NCBI GenBank assembly: GCA_044356295.1
Contig: JBIKWN010000012.1
Location: forward strand, 1-51,268
DNA length: 51,268 nt
Source: Bdellovibrionota bacterium
Lineage (GTDB): Bacteria; Bdellovibrionota_C; UBA2361; JBIKWN01
Direction of reading: 5' to 3'
Part shown: positions 27,993-38,188 of the stretch, one piece after another
Numbering within the stretch: the stretch's first letter is position 1
Layout: each line of letters opens with the position of its first letter
The notes under the pieces: generated by a model
Told to the model about the DNA's origin: nothing
Databases searched by the model: none
The model's input: only the letters and a program-made list of their open reading frames with translations
Position numbers and translations under genes: made by a program

Positions 27993-30554
27993 TTAATCTG
28001 TAACCCGACAACTTTCACTCACCGTTGGCAATTTAGCTGCGTCACTCAAGCTTTTACGGTACTGTTTTTTGATTGTTTTTAATGATTTTTTCCCAACAGC
28101 AATATTTGTTTTTGTTGGAAATGTTTTTGCTAAGCTTGTAACAATGTTGATTGCAACGCGATTTATTTTTGTTAATTCAGCTACATATGATTTTCTGGTT
28201 TTTGTATAATCACGACGTTTGCAGAGATTCTTTTTTGGGCAAGATAATCTGGTCGCATTCGGGAGGCTTGAGGCTATACGCGATATTTTATTGAAAGAAC
28301 TGTTTACTTGTTTTTCTAACTTTGAAAGTGAGCTGATATATTTTGTTTTCTTGCTCGCAGACAGTTTTTCACTTGCTAAAATATTCCCATAAAATATTTG
28401 ATCAATAACTGTATCTTTGAGAACTTTCGCAGATGATGTTGCTGTTACTTTTAATTTTACTTTGTTGCTAATTTTGCACCCTTTGTCATTGAAAGTAAGA
28501 GCAGTTGCTTCGATGTCAGGAGCAGTTGCAGAGCCGTTTTCTTCAAGAGTTACTGTGATCGTAGATTGATTTAAATCAAGTCCATCTGAGTTAAAGATAA
28601 TAGAATATGTGCCTGCTGCTAGATTATCAAAACGATAACTACCATCGCTTCCGACTAGTACGGTTTGAATAGCTGTTTTGGAAGTTGAGCTTACTCCCTG
28701 TGGAGACGAGCTTGATGCTTTGCTTATTGAAGCAGAAGTGGCAGGACAAATTCCATTTAAAGGACACGAAATGTTGCCCGCTATATAATTACTTGGTGTT
28801 GGAGTCGGAGCAGGGGTAGCAGGACAAGCACCTGCTGTGACGTATAACTTGCCTGGGGCGTTATTTCGGGTATATGTTCCCATCGGTAGCGAGCCTTCTT
28901 TTCTAAATTCTAAAAGGCCAGGTCCGTTAGCAAAGCCTGAATAACTGGAAACAAAGGCTATGTGATATGGGAGTGAGGTGCTTGTTAATGCATATGCAGG
29001 AAATCCATAAATAGTTTGTGAAGGATAGCTTCCAACATACGGCTTGCTTGCACTGCTTCCATCACCAGTTACACAGATTCTATCAGGACGAGTCGGTATT
29101 GGTATCGGAGTAATGGTTGGAGTATTTGTTGGTAGTGGCGTTGGGGTCGGTGTTGGTGCGATTCCATTTAATGAAGATTGAGCATAAATATAAGTACCGT
29201 TAAAACGACTCCACATGGCGATCGAATTTGTTCCGGCTGCCGACATTGCAACTTGAGGATTTTCTGCATCGCGACCAGATGCTGAAATATTTTCTGCCGC
29301 TGACCAATTAGCTGTGGCTTCAAAAATTGATGCAAGTGATCCTTGAACAATATCGTTACTTCCATTAGAGCGAAGCCAAACAGCTACTGCCATCGTTCCA
29401 TCTGAGGATAAAGCAATTTTATTTCGTGTTGCACTTTCACCTACAGCAGATAAATCACTGATAGTTGCATTCCATGTTGCTGTGTTTCCTGAAATTGTTG
29501 CAGATCGCGACTGTGCTATAGCAACGCTTCCATTACTGCGGGACCAGAAAGCAGTGGAGCTTGTACCATCTGCACTTAATCCAATGACAGGATGTGATGC
29601 ATCTTGTCCTGATAATGAAAGATCCGTAACTGATCCCCAACTTGCAACTTTACCAATAATCGTTGCACTTTTTGATTGGACAATTTTATTGGTACTTCCA
29701 TCTACTCTTAGCCATACTGCTGTTGCTTTGCTTCCATCGGTTGAGAGTTTGAAATCGGGAATAGTGCCGTCGCCACCTGCAGCAGACAGTTCTGTTGCCG
29801 TACTCCAATCTTGAGTATTACCTGTGATTATTGCAGAAGCACTTTGCACTCGCTGCGTTCCTGAGATAGGAAATTGCCATATTGCAGTGGCTAATGAGCC
29901 ATCAGAAGAGATCTCAATTTTTGGATTATCGGCTGAAGCTCCAGAAGCAGAGCGGTCAGTGACGCTTCCCCAAGAAGGAGTTGTTCCTGTAATAGTTGCA
30001 GAAGCAGTACGTGCAATAAAATGACTTCCATCGTATCCAAGCCAAATTGCAGTTGCCTTTGAACCGTTAGAAGAGATCCGTACTTGAGAAAAATCTGGGA
30101 AACCAGCAGCAGAGATTGTGACTGCGGAGCCCCAAGTAGTTGAGCTGGGACTAATCTGAGCAATACGACTTTCTAGTGTGCTATCACTCATAAGATCGCT
30201 TGACCATAATGCAATTGCTGTTGAGCCATCAGCAGAAATTGCAATTCGTGGTGTTCTATTTACGGAACCAAAAGAGGAAAGATCAACTGGTGTCTCCCAC
30301 GTAATGCTACTACCACTAATTCGTCCAGTAGCTCCTTGGATAAGAAATTGTCCACCATTGCCAATTCGCCATACAGCAACAGCACGAGTGCCATCAGCAG
30401 AAAATGCGACCTGTAGATTGTCAGCATTATCCGACGCAATTGAAGCATTTACTGGTGTAATCCACTCGGCTTGGCTCTCTAAACAGAGAGATAAAAATAA
30501 GCAAAGAATTAAAACAGTGAACCGAGTAGTGAAATGAACAAGAGCGTTTATCAT
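27993..30554 (-). CDS. Secreted modular protein: repeat beta-propeller, PT linkers, Ig/CnaB-like domain, basic helical tail
   Basis: About 7 repeats of W...LSA.G..A..P.I..S.DG..A.A.W; PTPTP linkers; DGSYRFDNLAAGTYSI; K-rich C-terminus. Confidence 0.85.
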   Translation of the reverse strand: MINALVHFTTRFTVLILCLFLSLCLESQAEWITPVNASIASDNADNLQVAFSADGTRAVAVWRIGNGGQFLIQGATGRISGSSITWETPVDLSSFGSVNRTPRIAISADGSTAIALWSSDLMSDSTLESRIAQISPSSTTWGSAVTISAAGFPDFSQVRISSNGSKATAIWLGYDGSHFIARTASATITGTTPSWGSVTDRSASGASADNPKIEISSDGSLATAIWQFPISGTQRVQSASAIITGNTQDWSTATELSAAGGDGTIPDFKLSTDGSKATAVWLRVDGSTNKIVQSKSATIIGKVASWGSVTDLSLSGQDASHPVIGLSADGTSSTAFWSRSNGSVAIAQSRSATISGNTATWNATISDLSAVGESATRNKIALSSDGTMAVAVWLRSNGSNDIVQGSLASIFEATANWSAAENISASGRDAENPQVAMSAAGTNSIAMWSRFNGTYIYAQSSLNGIAPTPTPTPLPTNTPTITPIPIPTRPDRICVTGDGSSASKPYVGSYPSQTIYGFPAYALTSTSLPYHIAFVSSYSGFANGPGLLEFRKEGSLPMGTYTRNNAPGKLYVTAGACPATPAPTPTPSNYIAGNISCPLNGICPATSASISKASSSSPQGVSSTSKTAIQTVLVGSDGSYRFDNLAAGTYSIIFNSDGLDLNQSTITVTLEENGSATAPDIEATALTFNDKGCKISNKVKLKVTATSSAKVLKDTVIDQIFYGNILASEKLSASKKTKYISSLSKLEKQVNSSFNKISRIASSLPNATRLSCPKKNLCKRRDYTKTRKSYVAELTKINRVAINIVTSLAKTFPTKTNIAVGKKSLKTIKKQYRKSLSDAAKLPTVSESCRVTD

Positions 30555-30838
30555 GATGCGATTTTATGAGGATGGATACCTCGACGCTACCCGCTTTCTC
30601 TCTCTGAGGAAGAAGATATCATTGCTACAATGTAACTAGGATAAAGAAAATTAATGGTCGTGACTCCGTGCCAGTTAGGTGTCCATAACCCCTTTGAGAA
30701 GTTCATTTCTAAGGAACTAGAGGCACGTGGTGCTAAGACTGATCGCCTTTGACTACAAAAGAAGAAAGATAGTCACCAATGTCAAAGGACTTTTGACACA
30801 AAATTTACTTGAATTGGAATTATAAAAATCAATCAAAA

Positions 30839-32074
30839 TTAAGCAGAGGCCCCTTCATGAGCAGACTGAGACTCATTATCAGATTCCAAAACCCAACGCG
30901 GTAAAGAATCTTTGAACGTACTCCATTCGTTTTCACCAAGCTTCATTTCATCGTCATTCAAAAGGCAGCTATCAAAAGAAGCTATAAGATCCTCTTTATC
31001 CATATCAATACCAATGACAACTATTTCTTGACGTCTATCGCCAAACCGAGGGTGCCAGTCTTTCAAAAATTCACTATCTTCCATGACTTCTGGTGGCCAC
31101 ATCTCTTTAGGCGATGCAGCAAGCCATTTACCAGCAGGCTCTGCTCGGCACGAACCACCTGCTTGTGACCAAATACCTGCCCAATCATTTCTCGAAGCTA
31201 ACCAAAAAAATCCTTTTGATCGCAACACACCAGGCCACTCTGTTTTTGTAAGTTCGTTAAATCTCTCTGGATGAAAAGGTTTTCGAGCTCGATATACAAA
31301 ACTTGAAATACCATATTCTTCTGTTTCTGGAATATGAATACCTGAAAGCTCTTTAGCCCATCCTGGTGCCTGAGATGCTTTTTCAAAATCAAAAAGTTTA
31401 GTGTTCAGTATTTCATGGAGATCAACTTTACCGAAACGACTATGAATAACTTTTGCATCTGCATTTAAAGCTTTGATAATTCCCTCAACTTTTCCAAGTT
31501 GATAGTCATCAACAAGGTCGCACTTGTTGAGAACGATGACGTTTGCGAACTCAATCTGTTCAGTAAGAAGATCGACAATTGTTCTATCATCTTGATCATT
31601 TTCGGCAAGCTTTGCTTCAACTAAGTCCTCGTGTGATTCATATAAAGTAAGGAAGTTAGCCGCATCAACCACTGTGACCATTGTATCGAGAGTTGAAACT
31701 TCAGAAAGATTTGCACCTTCTCCCATGTCATAGACAAAACTTGAAGCCACTGGCATTGGCTCGGATATTCCAGTTGATTCGATGAGCAAGTAGTCAAAAC
31801 GACCTTCATTGGCAAGTTTGGATACTTCTTTCATTAAATCTTCACGGAGTGTGCAACAGATACACCCATTGGTCATCTCTACAAGTTTCTCTTCAGTACG
31901 ACTCAGTGATGCCATGCCGCCTTTTACTAGCTCGGCATCAATATTAATTTCACTCATATCATTCACGATAACGGCTACTTTTAAACCTTCTCGATTACTC
32001 AGGATATGGTTGAGTAGGGTGGTCTTTCCAGCACCTAGAAATCCAGATAGGACCGTTGTGGGAAGTTTTTTCAT
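30839..32074 (-). CDS. zigA: COG0523/CobW-family zinc metallochaperone GTPase (ZigA/YciC-like)
   Basis: [31 protein letters not shown], and CobW_C motifs LRSKGFFW and [13 protein letters not shown] at 32074. Confidence 0.93.
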   Translation of the reverse strand: MKKLPTTVLSGFLGAGKTTLLNHILSNREGLKVAVIVNDMSEINIDAELVKGGMASLSRTEEKLVEMTNGCICCTLREDLMKEVSKLANEGRFDYLLIESTGISEPMPVASSFVYDMGEGANLSEVSTLDTMVTVVDAANFLTLYESHEDLVEAKLAENDQDDRTIVDLLTEQIEFANVIVLNKCDLVDDYQLGKVEGIIKALNADAKVIHSRFGKVDLHEILNTKLFDFEKASQAPGWAKELSGIHIPETEEYGISSFVYRARKPFHPERFNELTKTEWPGVLRSKGFFWLASRNDWAGIWSQAGGSCRAEPAGKWLAASPKEMWPPEVMEDSEFLKDWHPRFGDRRQEIVVIGIDMDKEDLIASFDSCLLNDDEMKLGENEWSTFKDSLPRWVLESDNESQSAHEGASA

Positions 32075-32089
32075 AGTATAATTTATCTT

Positions 32090-32108
32090 AACGCAACTAG
32101 GTTGCATT
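32090..32108. promoter_or_regulatory. Palindromic operator 1 (putative Zur/Fur-family box)
   Basis: AACGCAACTAGGTTGCATT overlaps the -10/+1 region of the minus-strand promoter TTGACA(32134-32129)-N17-AATAAT of the COG0523 gene. Confidence 0.75.
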
Positions 32109-32331
32109 ATTGCCCTGTCGTCGTACTATGTCAATTGTTGATTCATATAGCTACAGAGATATTCAAAAATGATTAATGAATTTCTATAGATATACACCAT
32201 AAAAAAACAACATAGATAGAACCCGGCTGGGGGGAATCTTCAACAAATTACTTTCTTTTTGGTAATTAAGAAGCTCTTTAGATATTCAAATATTCGGTGG
32301 ATTCTGGAAGGTATTTTTTATAGCATATCTA

Positions 32332-32350
32332 AACGCAACCAAGTTGCGCT
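32332..32350. promoter_or_regulatory. Palindromic operator 2 (same motif)
   Basis: AACGCAACCAAGTTGCGCT overlaps a TTGCGC-N18-GATACT candidate promoter for the gene at 32405. Confidence 0.75.
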
Positions 32351-32404
32351 AATATAAAGTACTATGTGATACTCGTTGTTGCTCTTTTAAAGAAGTAGAA
32401 CTGT

Positions 32405-33211
32405 ATGGAAATTTTTACAAAACATATTTTTGATTTAGGACAAGCAAGAATGGAAGGACATAATGGCGCAAGCTGTATAACTCGTAAGGGGTGTGTTCAT
32501 GACATGTTTCGTGGATTGTTAGCTCCTGAGGCTGATGGGATTAATGTAGAGTTTGTTGATCATGAAATTTCAGATTTTATGCAACGCCTCGGGTTTCATG
32601 TAAATGGCTCCCATACATTAGGAGAACTCCACTTTACTACAAGCGAACTTGACCCTTCAGCACCCTTTGTATCGGGGAATCTCTTATCCCGTAGACTCCA
32701 AGAATATTTTATAAGTCTGTATGATCCAACTCATGCTTCGGAACTTACCAGCGGGTCCTTATTGCAAGAGATGAGCTATCCGGCTAGTCCAGAGAGTGAT
32801 AAAGAATATCGAAAACTTCTCGGGCATGATTTCTGCTTTTGGGCTTTAGCTTCAGCTAAGTTGATCGTTGATTGGTGCAGTAATCCGGATAATGTAGGTG
32901 ATCGTTCGCAACAATTTCTTGATCAAATACGTGCCAATGGGCTAGTAGATCTGCTTAATTCTACATCACAAGCACTCGGAGTAATCGAAGAAGATGCAGG
33001 TGTTAGGTATGGGGAGTATGCAACATATTTAGAGACACTTCTTGGTCAAACTATAGATTGGGAAGCTGTTACAGATAACCTTACGCCGTTTGATTCGCAA
33101 TCGGCATTTCAGCTCCTTACTATTCAACAACATGTTCGAACATTTTTAAATCACGAGTCTGTGAATGAATTAGCAGGAAAGATTTCTTCTTGGGTCGTAA
33201 ATCGTCAGTAG
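32405..33211 (+). CDS. Hypothetical protein with N-terminal His/Cys cluster
   Basis: 268-aa ORF containing GHNGASCITRKGCVHD; 11 nt from the next gene. Confidence 0.75.
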   Translation: MEIFTKHIFDLGQARMEGHNGASCITRKGCVHDMFRGLLAPEADGINVEFVDHEISDFMQRLGFHVNGSHTLGELHFTTSELDPSAPFVSGNLLSRRLQEYFISLYDPTHASELTSGSLLQEMSYPASPESDKEYRKLLGHDFCFWALASAKLIVDWCSNPDNVGDRSQQFLDQIRANGLVDLLNSTSQALGVIEEDAGVRYGEYATYLETLLGQTIDWEAVTDNLTPFDSQSAFQLLTIQQHVRTFLNHESVNELAGKISSWVVNRQ

Positions 33212-33222
33212 AGTAGACGAAT

Positions 33223-35751
33223 ATGAGTACGCAAAGACAGACGGTCAATCAGACAGCTGGAGCTAAGGGATCTGTAGAAAATGAAAAGCCTGTTGTAGGA
33301 GATATTAAAACTAGTATAGATACTGGCCGCTTAGAATGTGGTTGTGTTGGTACGTGTAAATGTTCTGTGGGATTGAAGCCCTCAGACGTGCCCAAAAAAG
33401 TAAATCCATTACTAGGAAAGAAAGGTATATTTGAGAAAAAGGAATTCTCGGAAGAAATTCCCACTCTTAAGAGCGAAGAAGGTGAAATTGACGAAAAAGT
33501 AGTATCAAAAGATTTAAAGAAAGGAGGGGACCTTAAGACGGATGTAGATACAGGCCGTTTGGAGTGTGGGTGTGTTGGAACTTGTAAATGTAAAGAAGGT
33601 TTGAAACCTACTGATGTCCCTAAAAAAGAGAATCCATTACTTGGTAAAAAGGGATTATTCGGCAATAAAGAAGGCACAGAAACAGGAAAACAGGTTCAAG
33701 GTGAAGTCTCTGTTAAAGAATCGTTGTCTCAAGAACAGAAGGCAAAACAACATGAAGAGGAAACTCCTGTTTCAAAAAACACTCCATCTCAATATTCACC
33801 TGAAGCAGATCAGCACAATGACAATATTTCTAAAGTTCAAATAGAAGCACAGAATATACAAAAAGTGCCAAACGATTCCTTAGTGCAGGAAATCAAAACG
33901 TCATTACATGAGCCCTTAAAGCCAATCGAGCAATTGGCAACATCTCCTGGCGAGGATGTTTCTCTGCATCTAGATACGTTACGACAAAAAACTCAGGAGA
34001 ATAAAAATACTTTTGAGGATCAACTTGTAAGGCGTCCAGAAGTTCTAGAATCTGCTGTAAAGCTAGACTCCAATACTTACTCGGAAAGACAATCGGCGAA
34101 TCAGCAAATCAATAATGAACCTGTTGAAGGTTTGGCTCTAAAAATTACTACACCCAAAGAGCTAGAACTTGTTGCTCAATCCATTCGTGATAGTCAAATT
34201 ATTGAGTCTCGAATTGGAATAGAAAAAACTGAAGAACTCGCAATGCGTACTGAGCAAATTGCAAGATCTATTCAAGAGCAAAAAAATCTACAGCATACAT
34301 CTGAGAACGTCGTGACTAATCGTGAAGCAATTAAATTATTATTTCGCGATATTTCAAAATCGATAGGTACAGAGCCAACAGTAAGAATGATACGTGATGT
34401 TAACGCTAAAATGCTCACAGAACGATTACAGCAACTTGAAAATCAAAAAAATCCTCGTGTCGAAGAAAAGAGTTCTGGAAAGAGTAGTTCAACAACTTTA
34501 CAAGAGCGAGCAAATAAAAATCTCTTAACTGAGCGAGTCATTATTAATGCTACTTCACAAGATTATATTCGACTTAGTCAGATGCTAAGAGTAACCCAAG
34601 CTTTAAACGCACAGAATAAAGGAACACAACTGCAACAATTAGCTAAGCAAGCTGAACAAATTGCAAGACAGATGCAACAACAGCGCAGTGCCCAAGCTGT
34701 TGAATCTAATCGAGAAGCGCAAAGAGCTCATTTGCAAGGGTTAGTTCGTGTTGTGGGTCGACATGAGGCACTTCGAATGCTTCGAGAGCTCAGTTTAATT
34801 GACCAACAACGAGATCAGGCAGCAAGAGTAAAAAATTTTCGTCCGGTGGAGTCCCTTAAGACACAAGAACAAACCAATCTTCGAATTCATCAAGTTAATC
34901 GGAATTTTAAATCATCTGATTTAATTCGTGCTGCACTTATGCTTAGAGCAAATGAAGCCTTGTCACGTAAGCATGCTGAACAGGCTATCTTACAGGTTTC
35001 AAAGCGGTTGGAGGAGTTAGCAAAACTTTTAAAGAATCAGACTACGAATGAAAAGTCTATATCAGAAAAACAGGTTCTTCGTGAGATTTTGAAGGACCTT
35101 CGCGAATCACTTGGAACAGTTGATGCTCAAAGAGTAATGGGAGAGATTATAAAAAATCTCCAAGTACGCCCTCGCGGTGAAACGATCAGCACTGTGGAAG
35201 CGGGACTCCAAAGAAGAGAACAAATTCGGACTGAACCTCAGCACATTGATAGAGCGCTTGGGTTGTTGAAGGGATATGTACCACAGTTACAAACTTTGCC
35301 GGTGGCATTACAACAAATCATTGCTGTTTATCTTATGCAGCAACTTGCTCAATATCGATCAGCACAAGACCTCTGTGCCATGATTGAAGAGATCAACTCT
35401 GAGTGGGCAGAACGTATGAAAGATATCGATATAGAGATGCTCTTACGTGCAGGTATTGATATTGTTTCTGATTCAGATAGCTACAAAAGGAAAACAAGAC
35501 AACGAATCAGAAGTAGTGTTGATTTGATGAGCGATAAGAGGAGAAAAGTTCAATCAGCAACAAAACAATCACTTGGAGAAGGTATGACATCGGGGTCTAA
35601 GCTTTCTGCCCAAACTCAGAGTTCTAAGTCTCAAGTGAAAGCTGATACAAATGGTCCTATCGCAGAGTTAATAATCACGCGCGTTAAATCGGATGATAAG
35701 CCTAAAATTGAGGAAGCTGAAAAGGATAATGTTATTCATCCGATTCCTTAG
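33223..35751 (+). CDS. Unknown helical-repeat protein A with two CGCVGTCKC metal-binding-like repeats
   Basis: 45-aa repeat at 33298-33432 and 33526-33660; C-terminal half is paralogous to 35732..38173. Confidence 0.85.
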   Translation: MSTQRQTVNQTAGAKGSVENEKPVVGDIKTSIDTGRLECGCVGTCKCSVGLKPSDVPKKVNPLLGKKGIFEKKEFSEEIPTLKSEEGEIDEKVVSKDLKKGGDLKTDVDTGRLECGCVGTCKCKEGLKPTDVPKKENPLLGKKGLFGNKEGTETGKQVQGEVSVKESLSQEQKAKQHEEETPVSKNTPSQYSPEADQHNDNISKVQIEAQNIQKVPNDSLVQEIKTSLHEPLKPIEQLATSPGEDVSLHLDTLRQKTQENKNTFEDQLVRRPEVLESAVKLDSNTYSERQSANQQINNEPVEGLALKITTPKELELVAQSIRDSQIIESRIGIEKTEELAMRTEQIARSIQEQKNLQHTSENVVTNREAIKLLFRDISKSIGTEPTVRMIRDVNAKMLTERLQQLENQKNPRVEEKSSGKSSSTTLQERANKNLLTERVIINATSQDYIRLSQMLRVTQALNAQNKGTQLQQLAKQAEQIARQMQQQRSAQAVESNREAQRAHLQGLVRVVGRHEALRMLRELSLIDQQRDQAARVKNFRPVESLKTQEQTNLRIHQVNRNFKSSDLIRAALMLRANEALSRKHAEQAILQVSKRLEELAKLLKNQTTNEKSISEKQVLREILKDLRESLGTVDAQRVMGEIIKNLQVRPRGETISTVEAGLQRREQIRTEPQHIDRALGLLKGYVPQLQTLPVALQQIIAVYLMQQLAQYRSAQDLCAMIEEINSEWAERMKDIDIEMLLRAGIDIVSDSDSYKRKTRQRIRSSVDLMSDKRRKVQSATKQSLGEGMTSGSKLSAQTQSSKSQVKADTNGPIAELIITRVKSDDKPKIEEAEKDNVIHPIP

Positions 35752-38173
35752 GCTTCTTATCATCACTTTTAACCCTAGAAATTATCAACTCAGCGATAGG
35801 TGAGCTAGTTTCAGCTTTAACATTTTGTCCAATTTTTGCTGCATTCTTCGAAGTAGCAGTAATGCCTTCTGTGGCAACCTGTTTTTTACCGCTACCGATG
35901 ACTCGTCTTTTATCTGAAATATCTTGTGGAATTGACCTACTTACGACACGTCGCTTTCTGCGTGGATTTCCTGCATCGGAATCTGCTACTTCAATACCAG
36001 CTCTAAGCAGCATTTCAATATCTTTTTCTTTGAGCATTGCGGCCCATTCAGCATTAACTTCTTCTACCATCGCGATTAAATCTTGAGCAGTTCTGTATTG
36101 TGCAATTTGTTGCATTAGATAGACCGCAATTAAACGTTGTAGCGCGTTCGGCAACGAGCTCATCTGAAGATTATTTAATCGCATTGCAGATAAAATTCGT
36201 TCTGTTCTTTCAACACTAACTCTTACTTCTAACTGTCTTGCCTGCAAAGATCTGTCGTTTAAATTGTTTCTGAGTTGGATATCACGGTAGAGTTGCTTTA
36301 TTAATTTATCACCATCTTTTCCGAGGCTTTCCCTGATTTCTTTTATAAGAGCTTTGAATTTTTGTCTGTCGAGCTTCGTTGGATCTTGGACAAGTTGTTC
36401 AAGGCGTTTGCTTAGATTTTGGATAGTTTCAATGCCATATTTTTTAGTAAGTGCTTCATTTGTACGAAGCATTTGCGTTAGTCGACTGATATCTTTTTGA
36501 TTGGCTGCAACAGCGACTCGGCTAGCAATTTGTCTACTGATTTGTTCTGTTACTACTGGTGATTGCGTTTGTTTGATGCTTCGCTCTACTGTTGTGCTAT
36601 CCGTTGTCATTTGAGATTGGCGTAATGTACGCAGCAATTTGAGAGCATCTTCTCTTCCGGTGGTATTCATTAACTCTCTAATAACAATTCTAGTTAATTG
36701 CTTATCGGATAAGCTTCGATCCTGTAATCGATTAGAGTCAATCATCTTAGGGATTTGTTCTAGGCGTTTAATAAGAGCTTCAGTTTGTGTTTTGCCAATT
36801 CTATCTACTAATTGCCTGCTATTACGCAATAATTCAGCCAGCCTAGTAATGTCTTGTGGGTTGAGGTTCGCAGTGGGACGGTTGATGTTTCGTACAGTCA
36901 GTTGATCTTCTTTTTGGACGGTAAGACTTTGAGCTTTGACGCGATCTCTCTCTACTGGTTGAGAACTAACTTGAATTTTTTTACTTAACTCATTTGGTAC
37001 CGAAGAAGTGCGTAGATTTTTATTACTAGTACTCTCAAGCACTTTAAAGGAACTACTCAGTGATTCTCTTGCAACTTGTGCTCTGATTTCTAATGACCTT
37101 TCTGTTGTTCGGTCAATTTGAAGTTGATCTCTAAGTTCTTCTCCTAAATTTTCAATTTTAGTTATTAACTGACTGGTTTTAGCTGTGTAAATATCTTTTG
37201 AAGTCGATTGTCCTTGTAGTGAAGTCCCTACCATTTGTGATAAAGGATCATTGTTATGAAGAGAAGCTTGTTGTGTTTGCACAGCTTGATTAGTTATTAC
37301 TGTCTCGGTAGGTCGTCTATCAACTTCAACTTGAATCCGTTGAGAAAGGTTCGATGCTAAGTTTTCTGGGGTGTTCTCAACAATTTCTGTTTGAAGTCTG
37401 GTATTTATCCCTTCAGATGTTGAAGCTGTTTTTAGATCTAAAACTTCACGACTTGCTATTGTAGCTTGATCTCCCTGTATTGGCTGCACAGGTGCTTGAA
37501 CTGTTTCGTAAGAAGATGCAGAGCGGACTGGATTATTCAGATCAACTTTGTTATCTGAGATAGTGGGTGGATTTGATTCAGCTGGTTGAACAGGTTGCTT
37601 TAGTTGGGTTTGCTCTGGAACAGGTGTTACGGTATCTCCATTTGAATTTAATTCTACTTTCAAAGCACCACTAGTAGAGCTGCTTGCAGTAATGGATTCA
37701 GGATTTTGTTGTAACTGTTCACCAATTTGTTTACCAATTTCTAAAATTTGATCTCTGTTGATAGCTTCTCGATTTGTATCCGGATTGCCACCAATGTGCG
37801 CATTTGGATCTTGAGAACCAAGCGCCATCCGTGTCGCATCAGTTTGGCTATCATAAAAAGATTTGAATTTAGCAGGGTCATCTAGAATTTCTTGATAATT
37901 TCGTCGAGTTTCCTCTGGAATGGATTTGTCAGTAATAATTTTTTCCATACCTGCGCGCACAGACTCAGGTAAACAGCAGTCAAGAATTTTTGTTGCCGAG
38001 GCTGTTTGAAGATTCTGACTGATAGTTGGATTTTCATCGATTACTTCGAGTAGCGACTCTGTGGGTGAGCGTCTACCTTGCCTCCCAGCGGAAGGTGACG
38101 GTACGGTTGGAGTTGTAGCTTCAGCCGCTTCTGCTGAATTAAGTTCTTGACGAGGCTGGGCTGTAACTCTCAT
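35732..38173 (-). CDS. Unknown helical-repeat protein B (paralog of A)
   Basis: Shares IAVYLMQQ.AQYR.AQDL.AM.EE.N.EWA, DIEMLLRAGI and PIAELII.RVKSDDK with A; DCC near the N-terminus. Confidence 0.85.
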   Translation of the reverse strand: MRVTAQPRQELNSAEAAEATTPTVPSPSAGRQGRRSPTESLLEVIDENPTISQNLQTASATKILDCCLPESVRAGMEKIITDKSIPEETRRNYQEILDDPAKFKSFYDSQTDATRMALGSQDPNAHIGGNPDTNREAINRDQILEIGKQIGEQLQQNPESITASSSTSGALKVELNSNGDTVTPVPEQTQLKQPVQPAESNPPTISDNKVDLNNPVRSASSYETVQAPVQPIQGDQATIASREVLDLKTASTSEGINTRLQTEIVENTPENLASNLSQRIQVEVDRRPTETVITNQAVQTQQASLHNNDPLSQMVGTSLQGQSTSKDIYTAKTSQLITKIENLGEELRDQLQIDRTTERSLEIRAQVARESLSSSFKVLESTSNKNLRTSSVPNELSKKIQVSSQPVERDRVKAQSLTVQKEDQLTVRNINRPTANLNPQDITRLAELLRNSRQLVDRIGKTQTEALIKRLEQIPKMIDSNRLQDRSLSDKQLTRIVIRELMNTTGREDALKLLRTLRQSQMTTDSTTVERSIKQTQSPVVTEQISRQIASRVAVAANQKDISRLTQMLRTNEALTKKYGIETIQNLSKRLEQLVQDPTKLDRQKFKALIKEIRESLGKDGDKLIKQLYRDIQLRNNLNDRSLQARQLEVRVSVERTERILSAMRLNNLQMSSLPNALQRLIAVYLMQQIAQYRTAQDLIAMVEEVNAEWAAMLKEKDIEMLLRAGIEVADSDAGNPRRKRRVVSRSIPQDISDKRRVIGSGKKQVATEGITATSKNAAKIGQNVKAETSSPIAELIISRVKSDDKKPKESDE

Positions 38174-38188
38174 CGAAGAGCCTTACCT

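Noticed and set aside
32405..33211. Homology of the 268-aa ORF to the C-terminal part of the divergent GTPase (ITRKGCV/ARAKGAI, SYP..E.D)
   Set aside because: The resemblance is too short to support by eye; it needs an HHalign or structure comparison.
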